The position numbers and the translations under genes were made by a program. From an uncultured Flavobacteriales bacterium (GTDB taxonomy: Bacteria; Bacteroidota; Bacteroidia; Flavobacteriales_F; PHOS-HE28), in NCBI GenBank assembly GCA_963814325.1, contig CAWFCK010000017.1, positions 140,021 to 204,020 of the forward strand: a DNA stretch of 64,000 bases, in the 5' to 3' direction. Under the pieces are notes generated by a model. The model worked only from the letters and a program-made list of their open reading frames with translations. It had not been told where the DNA came from and did not search any database. Positions 58,394 through 64,000 of the stretch are shown here, in pieces (within the stretch, counting starts at the first letter, position 1; each line of letters starts with the position of its first letter).

Positions 58394-59110
58394 ATGAGAC
58401 AACTACTACTCGCTGCTTTCCTGTTCCCCCTGTCCATGTTGGGGCAGAAGATCGAATACGGCTGGCCGGCTATGCCCTGCGCCGTGCAACTCAACTGCGA
58501 CTCCGGTTGCACCTCCTGCGCCCTGCCCACGAACGAGAACGCCAACTTCTTCGGCAACGACGTTGGCTTCCTCGGGGTGGATGTTTGCCCGCACCCTATC
58601 GAACTCGGTGACAATGCCCTGGCCACATACGGCTGGCCCGCGATCATGGATGAGGACCACATGGTGATCCTTACCGGCATTGCCTTCACCCCTACGCATA
58701 TCGACAGCATCATCATCCGTCACCGCGCGGGTACCGATGGTCCCGAGCGTCTGCGCGTGCGCTTCGGGGTGAACGAATCGCTTCCCACCACGGAGATCGC
58801 GGACTTCGCCATCCCCAGCAACTTCGATAACACCGTGGTCCGTGACCCCGGTACTGTGGCCGCTGGCCCGGGCATGGTCTTCGGCTTTTTCAGCCTGCTT
58901 CTTCAGCCTTACATGGGTAGCGGCGGCAGCTGGGATCTGGACGACATCCGCATCGTCGGCAGTGCCGTTGATGCCACTGCCGTGCAGGACCTGACCTTGC
59001 CAGCCAATATGACCAAGTTGCCCGCGTTCGACGCGCTCGGTCGCCCGGTGATCCCGCGCAAGGCCGTGCGCTTCTACTTCGACGGCACCCGCCGCATCGT
59101 GGTGGAATAA
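58394..59110 (+). CDS. Hypothetical secreted protein
   Basis: ORF 58352-59110. ATG 58394 gives the signal peptide MRQLLLAAFLFPLSMLGQ. A Cys-rich N-terminal part (CAVQLNCDSGCTSCALP) is present. No family recognised. Confidence 0.6.
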   Translation: MRQLLLAAFLFPLSMLGQKIEYGWPAMPCAVQLNCDSGCTSCALPTNENANFFGNDVGFLGVDVCPHPIELGDNALATYGWPAIMDEDHMVILTGIAFTPTHIDSIIIRHRAGTDGPERLRVRFGVNESLPTTEIADFAIPSNFDNTVVRDPGTVAAGPGMVFGFFSLLLQPYMGSGGSWDLDDIRIVGSAVDATAVQDLTLPANMTKLPAFDALGRPVIPRKAVRFYFDGTRRIVVE

Positions 59111-59141
59111 GGCCTCCCGCGCGGACTACCTTGCCCGCCGA

Positions 59142-60166
59142 ATGGAGCTCAACGAGATCCACCGCAAGAAGCCCAGCTACCCTATAGCTCCGGGCCTCTC
59201 CAGCTACCTCGCCACGCACAGCCGCAGCACCGCGCTGCCCATCGACTACGGCGACCTGTTGCGTCATGATGGACTGATGGCCCAGCGCGATGCGGAAGGG
59301 AAAGAGACGCTCTGGACCACCGTGATGCTGAGCCCCGCGAAATGCAGGAAACGCATGATCGCCTGGTGGACCTCTACCAACTGCTCATCGCTGACGGTCG
59401 CCGCCTGCCGCACCTGGGCGTGGCCAGCATCGACTTCTGCGCCTACGGCAACAGCCAGCCGTTCCGGATCAAGATCCTCAACCAGATCAACGACAACCAC
59501 GACTACTACTACATTAAGAAGGCCGATGCCAGCCGGGTGTACGGGCTGGAACTGGAGCACATGCTCAGCCCCAACAAGATCAACTACATCTGCCTGGGAA
59601 GCACGCTGGTGGAGGAGCACATCATCGGCGTCCCCGGCGACGACTTCATGAAGGACCCGCCCCACTACGGCGGCAATTTCAACCCTGTGCGCCTGAGCAA
59701 GGAGTTCGTGAAGTTCAACGAGCGCTGCTTCGTGCGCCTGCTGGGGGATATGCGGGCCTACAACTTCGTGGTGGACGTGATCCAGGACTTCGACAAGGTG
59801 CAGTACCGCTTACGCAGTATCGACTTCGATCAGCAGAGCTACGAGGGTCGCCACCGCATCTACCTGCCGCAGTTCTACAAGGAGAACCTTCCGTTCGTTG
59901 AGCTCGCCAACAAGCACCTCGGGCCCGAAACGGCTGAGCAGTACGCCCATGAGGAACGCTCGCTGCTGCGCAAACGCTACAAGCTGGCCGAGGACCAGAT
60001 CCGCGACCTGTTGGATGTGATGAAGCGGGACCGCATCAGCACGGATGAACATCGCCACACCCTGCGTGAAGAGCTTGGTACGTACCACATGACCAAAGCC
60101 TTCACGGATTGCACCAGCATGGGCGACATCCTGGAGGTGCAGTTGAAGGTGTGTTTGGGGGTGTGA
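59142..60166 (+). pseudogene. Conserved hypothetical protein with protein-kinase-like catalytic-loop motifs, frame interrupted once (possibly an assembly error)
   Basis: ORFs 59142-59651 and 59342-60166 join at the C4 run 59333-59336 (..TVMLSP|REMQETHDRLVDLY..). Motifs LLGDMRAYNFVVD (D-x4-N) and RSIDFDQQ resemble the catalytic and Mg-binding loops of kinase-like folds. Confidence 0.55.
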
Positions 60167-60211
60167 GGGGGCTACAGTTCCCATCTGCCCGCCTTGGGGT
60201 TGTAGCGCCAC

Positions 60212-60766
60212 CTACCAATCGAACTTGATGCCCACCCCGAACTGGTGATCGATGATGGTGGTATTCGACAGGCTATATGCGTAGGTGAAGCGGATGTTGC
60301 TGATGAGAAGCCCGGCGCGAAGGATGGGGGAGGTCTCGGAGAAACCGAAGGTGGATCCGAGCGCACTATAGCCGGCGCCCACGCGGAGGCCGAGCCCTTT
60401 CGTGGGTTTGTTGCCGGCCTCGTTCAGCAGCACGAGGTCCGCAGTGGCGGTGATGCGGCCCATGAAGAACATGGTGAGGAAGACCTCCGGTGCAATGGTG
60501 AGGCAGACGTTCGCCTGCTGGTTCCGGGGCAATACCAGGTACCCGTGCTCATAGAACAGCGTGGGCAACCAGGGCCACACGATATCCTGGTCCTGCAACG
60601 CGAAGTTGTTGGTGAAGCCACCGTAGTTCACGCGGTGCAGGTTGAACTGGTCGTCCAGCGCATCCTCTCCGGTGTAGGCGAAGGTGCTGCCCTGTTGGGC
60701 CAGGAGCGGGCCGGCCATCAGCGCGGCGATGCACAGGCCGGCGAGCCGCTCACTTGCGCAGCCCAT
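60212..60766 (-). CDS. Outer-membrane beta-barrel-like hypothetical protein
   Basis: 184 aa with signal-like LAGLCIAALMAGPLLAQQ. Beta-strand pattern with the C-terminus ..QFGVGIKFDW. It overlaps the upstream gene's stop by 17 nt. Confidence 0.6.
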   Translation of the reverse strand: MGCASERLAGLCIAALMAGPLLAQQGSTFAYTGEDALDDQFNLHRVNYGGFTNNFALQDQDIVWPWLPTLFYEHGYLVLPRNQQANVCLTIAPEVFLTMFFMGRITATADLVLLNEAGNKPTKGLGLRVGAGYSALGSTFGFSETSPILRAGLLISNIRFTYAYSLSNTTIIDHQFGVGIKFDW

Positions 60767-62387
60767 TGTTCCACACCTCTGTGCGCTCCAACTGACCGTC
60801 GTCCGAATAGTATTTCCAGGTGCCGTTCTTCACGCCTTCGAGCTGCACCTCGAAACCTACGTAGGGCAGCAGCAGGTGCAAATGGTTGCCATGCACCTTC
60901 AGCGTGCGTTTGCCCTTGAACTGGCCTTCGCTGCGCAGTTTGCCGTTCTCGTAGTAGTCCTTGTAGTTGCCTTGGTAGGCACCATCCTCGAAGAAGGCAT
61001 CCTCCTGCACCTGTCCGCTGGGGTACCACTTCTGCCAGCGGCCTACGCGCTTGTTCTTGATGTATTCCCCTTCGCTTTCCTTGGTGCCGTTCTCGTACGA
61101 CGTGACCCAATGGCCCGTGCGGCTTTTTTTGCGACCGGCCACCTCATAGAATCCGGTGGCGATCTCCTTTCCGCTCTCGGCGTATTCGGTGAAGCCCCCG
61201 CTCATCTTGGTCTTGTCGTACACGGCCTGGGAGCGCAGTTGCCCGCCCGGGTAGTACTCCTTCCACAGGCCATCGCGCATGCCTTTCACGAACACGCCCT
61301 CGCTCATCAACTGTCCGTTCTCGTGCCATTCGCGGGTCATGCCTTCCATCACTTCATCCCGTCCGGCCAGGCGCTCGTAGTTCGTTTCGAGGCGCATTTG
61401 TCCGTTGGCGTACCACGCGGCGAAGCGGCCGGTGAGCTGCCCATTGTCATAGGTGCCCTCGCTCATCTTCTGGCCGTTCTCGTGGTACTCGATCCACTTG
61501 CCTTCCTCGCGTCCACGCGTGACGTCGGCGGTGCTTTCGCCGAAGGCACCTTCGCGGCTCTTGTTGCCGTTGGCATGGAACTCCACGAATTCGCCGGAGG
61601 GCATGCCGAAGCGGTAGAGCGTTTTGCTCTTCATCTTGCCATTGGGATGCTGCTCGATCCAGATGCCTTCCTTACGCCCATGCGAATAGCTCCCTGAAAG
61701 GCTGTCGGCGCCATTGGGGTGCGAGCCGCGCCAGGGGCCATCGATGTGTTTGTCGCTGACGAAGGTTTCGCGATAGGCCAGTTGGCCGTTCTCGTAATAG
61801 GTCTCCCACGTTCCGGTCTTCTCTCCTTTGGCGTACTGTCCCTTTTGGAAGACCTGACCGTTCTCGTAGTGATGTTCGTAGGCCCCCTCCTCGAACTTGT
61901 CGGCCATGGTCTTCAGTTCCTCCAGTTGCCCGTTCTCATACCAAGTGCGCACGGCACCCTGCAACACGCCGAGGGCATAATGCTCCTCCTTCTTTTTCGT
62001 GCCGTTTCCGTGGTATTCCAGCCATTCGCCATCCTTCACGGCAACGGGTTCGGTGCCGGCCAGGGAGCCGTTGTTACGCTGCATCACCACGTAGTTGCGG
62101 GTATACTCGGGGGTGCCGTCCTCGAACCAGGCTTCACACTTTCCACTGCGGCGGCCCTTGTCGTATTGCTCGCGCAGCTTCATCTGCCCATTCTCGTGGA
62201 AGTAGGCGCACTCACCGGTCTTGAAGCCCTTTTTGTCTAGGGATTCGCGTGATCGGGGCTTGCCGTTCTCCCAGGTCTTTTCCTCCATTTTTTGGGCCAG
62301 CACGTCGGTGTGGGCAAGAGCGATGGCGAGCACAGGGAGCAGCAGCGACAGGGCCGTCGGGCGTGGGAAGGTTCTATTCTTTATCAT
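60750..62387 (-). CDS. MORN/YwqK-type repeat protein (545 aa), secreted
   Basis: Signal peptide ..ALSLLLPVLAIALAHTDVLAQ. About 20 repeats of the W.EYHENGQ....G.Y..G...G type. Confidence 0.8.
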   Translation of the reverse strand: MIKNRTFPRPTALSLLLPVLAIALAHTDVLAQKMEEKTWENGKPRSRESLDKKGFKTGECAYFHENGQMKLREQYDKGRRSGKCEAWFEDGTPEYTRNYVVMQRNNGSLAGTEPVAVKDGEWLEYHGNGTKKKEEHYALGVLQGAVRTWYENGQLEELKTMADKFEEGAYEHHYENGQVFQKGQYAKGEKTGTWETYYENGQLAYRETFVSDKHIDGPWRGSHPNGADSLSGSYSHGRKEGIWIEQHPNGKMKSKTLYRFGMPSGEFVEFHANGNKSREGAFGESTADVTRGREEGKWIEYHENGQKMSEGTYDNGQLTGRFAAWYANGQMRLETNYERLAGRDEVMEGMTREWHENGQLMSEGVFVKGMRDGLWKEYYPGGQLRSQAVYDKTKMSGGFTEYAESGKEIATGFYEVAGRKKSRTGHWVTSYENGTKESEGEYIKNKRVGRWQKWYPSGQVQEDAFFEDGAYQGNYKDYYENGKLRSEGQFKGKRTLKVHGNHLHLLLPYVGFEVQLEGVKNGTWKYYSDDGQLERTEVWNNGLRK

Positions 62388-62417
62388 TGTTCACATTTAC
62401 CAACCGCGAACCTAACG

Positions 62418-63959
62418 ATGAAACGTTCCCTTACGCAAAGCCTCGTTGTCGGCCTGTGCTTATTGTCCACCACCGTGGTGCAGTCCCAGCAAGTGCAGAT
62501 CGATGGTATCCGTCCCAAGGAATTCCGGGGCGTCAGCTCCATTCCCGAGAAGGGCTACTACACCTACTACGTGAACGAGAAGTCCGGCAAGGGCATGATC
62601 GAGTTCGCGTTGGAGTTGTACGACCTTGATCTGAATGTGATCAAGAAGACCACGATCGACGTCACCAAGAACTCCGAGCTCACGGGAGGAGAATTCAATG
62701 GTGCGGACTTCCTGTTCGTGTTCAACGACCTGAGCAAGAAGACCAACACGTTGGTAACGGTGGATGGCAGCGGCAACATCATCAAGAAGAAGGTGGAGGA
62801 GACGAAGAAGATCGCCACGGCAGGGTCCACGGCGGTATATCCGGCGCTGGACGGATCGGGCTTCTACATCACGCAGGCGGTGAAGGAGAAGAAATGGGGC
62901 TTCGAGGTAACGAAGCTGGACCGCGACCTGAAGGAGCTGTGGAGCAAGACCACCACGGTGGAGAAGGGCATGGTGAGTGTGGCCTCGGCGGAATCGGGCC
63001 CGGGCAAGTTGATGGTGATCAGCATGGAGCGACCCGGTCTGATGAGCAAGAAGATCTACGGCAAGGTGGTCTCCTTCAACGGCGCCACGGGCGAGAAGGA
63101 ATACGAATACGACCTGTTCGATGGCAAGCAGACCAACCTGCCCAGCTCCTTTTTGATCGAGCCGGATGGCACGGTGGCCACGGCGGGTATGTACTATGAA
63201 GGGGAGAAGATGAACGGCGACAACAGCGATGGCGTCTTTTTCCTCAAGCTGGATCCCAGCGGAAAGCAGATGGCCTACAAGAGCATCGACTGGGATAACG
63301 GGATCCAGAACGCGTTGAAGGCCACCAAGCGCAAGTTCAGCATCGGCTCCAAGCCCAAGGTGTTGTTCCACGAGATCATCAAGGAGAGCAGCGGCAACTA
63401 CCAGGTGATCTCCGAGACCTTCCGCAAGGCGGTGGGCGCCACGGCAGCGTTGAGCATGCTGGCCGGTGGCAGCGCGCAGGACATCCCCATGCGCTTCACG
63501 GTGATGGACTACATCATCTTCAACTTCGACAACAAGGGCGAGCCGCTGGACATCAACAAGATCGAGAAACCTTACAAGACCATGGAAGTGGCGGGCGGCA
63601 TCGCGAATTCCGACGGCATCACGCTGGCGAACTACCTGAAGCGCTTCAAGATGTTCACGTACGAATTCCAGACCGTGTTGCCCTCGGGCAAGCAGGCCAT
63701 CGTGTACACGAACTTCGAGGACGCTGGTCTCGGCACGGGCAAGCCGTACGTAGGGGTATCCACGATCGATATCGGCAAGGACACGGAGACCCAGAAGATC
63801 CCGGTGCCGAAGAAGTACACCTCGTTCGTAACGGGCAACCCGGACAACATGCGCGCAGGATCGTTGAAGGGCAGGACCGGCAAGATCTGCATGTATGTAT
63901 ACGACAAGAAGATGAAGGCCATCCTGATGTCCATCGAGGACATCACGGCTGGGCAGTAG
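62418..63959 (+). CDS. Hypothetical secreted protein (513 aa)
   Basis: ORF 62292-63959. ATG 62418 gives the signal peptide MKRSLTQSLVVGLCLLSTTVVQSQ. Beta-rich and Lys-rich, with no family recognised. Divergent from the MORN gene. Confidence 0.65.
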   Translation: MKRSLTQSLVVGLCLLSTTVVQSQQVQIDGIRPKEFRGVSSIPEKGYYTYYVNEKSGKGMIEFALELYDLDLNVIKKTTIDVTKNSELTGGEFNGADFLFVFNDLSKKTNTLVTVDGSGNIIKKKVEETKKIATAGSTAVYPALDGSGFYITQAVKEKKWGFEVTKLDRDLKELWSKTTTVEKGMVSVASAESGPGKLMVISMERPGLMSKKIYGKVVSFNGATGEKEYEYDLFDGKQTNLPSSFLIEPDGTVATAGMYYEGEKMNGDNSDGVFFLKLDPSGKQMAYKSIDWDNGIQNALKATKRKFSIGSKPKVLFHEIIKESSGNYQVISETFRKAVGATAALSMLAGGSAQDIPMRFTVMDYIIFNFDNKGEPLDINKIEKPYKTMEVAGGIANSDGITLANYLKRFKMFTYEFQTVLPSGKQAIVYTNFEDAGLGTGKPYVGVSTIDIGKDTETQKIPVPKKYTSFVTGNPDNMRAGSLKGRTGKICMYVYDKKMKAILMSIEDITAGQ

Positions 63960-63984
63960 TCACGGTTCAGCATACATGGAAAAT

Positions 63985-64000
63985 GGGGCTTCGGCCCCTT
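63985..64000 (+). terminator. Probable terminator hairpin (cut by the window end)
   Basis: GGGGC-TTCG-GCCCC (63985-63998) followed by TT at the window edge, 25 nt after the stop at 63959. Confidence 0.45.

Noticed and set aside
5846-59336. Programmed ribosomal frameshifting as the explanation for the split genes.
   Set aside because: The sites are too numerous and of both signs. There are no slippery heptamers or downstream pseudoknots at the sites I inspected, and they occur in unrelated gene families.
1-64000. Mobile elements, prophage, integrons, rRNA or tRNA genes.
   Set aside because: I saw no transposase, integrase, recombinase or phage-structural motifs, no long terminal inverted repeats and no tRNA-like T-arm/acceptor patterns in the intergenic regions I read. 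A tRNAscan/Infernal run would be needed to exclude small RNAs formally.

Overview
GC-rich segment (about 60% by eye, not computed), densely coding, with the hallmarks of a Bacteroidota chromosome: a complete moxR-DUF58-batABCDE aerotolerance-type operon, three proteins with T9SS type-A C-terminal domains, DUF3857/transglutaminase proteins, MORN/YwqK repeat proteins and a Lys/Ala-rich histone-H1-like protein. I support about 55 protein genes. Housekeeping calls are ppsA, queE, selD-selU, acyP, a KirBac-type K+ channel, M1 and M14 peptidases, GH18 and two PQQ-type sugar dehydrogenase folds. No rRNA, tRNA, CRISPR array, transposase or integrase was recognised.

Four observations stand out:
1. About 35 single-base indels, mostly in short homopolymers, interrupt otherwise well-conserved genes. 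They are roughly 20-fold concentrated in 23.4-25.9 kb (a TPR-TolB-OmpA gene and vsr). This fits assembly error or local decay and must be resolved before any pseudogene call is trusted.
2. Three secreted proteins, one a 5'-truncated remnant, share a 235-250 aa C-terminal module ending in QLP. It is distinct from the T9SS C-terminal domains in the same window.
3. There are three unexplained non-coding elements:
- a roughly 315-nt element of nested helices ending in a U7 tract upstream of queE;
- an array of 11 CATG cores phased at exactly 8 bp in a promoter region;
- a small unit with three 21-bp-phased direct repeats, a TTGACA box, a 55-codon ORF and a perfect 13-bp-stem terminator.
4. A translationally coupled operon encodes a TPR-MORN giant protein plus an active/inactive DUF3857-transglutaminase pair.

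I did not find a clear-cut novel multi-gene system such as a defence island. All family assignments come from motif recognition by eye, not from searches.
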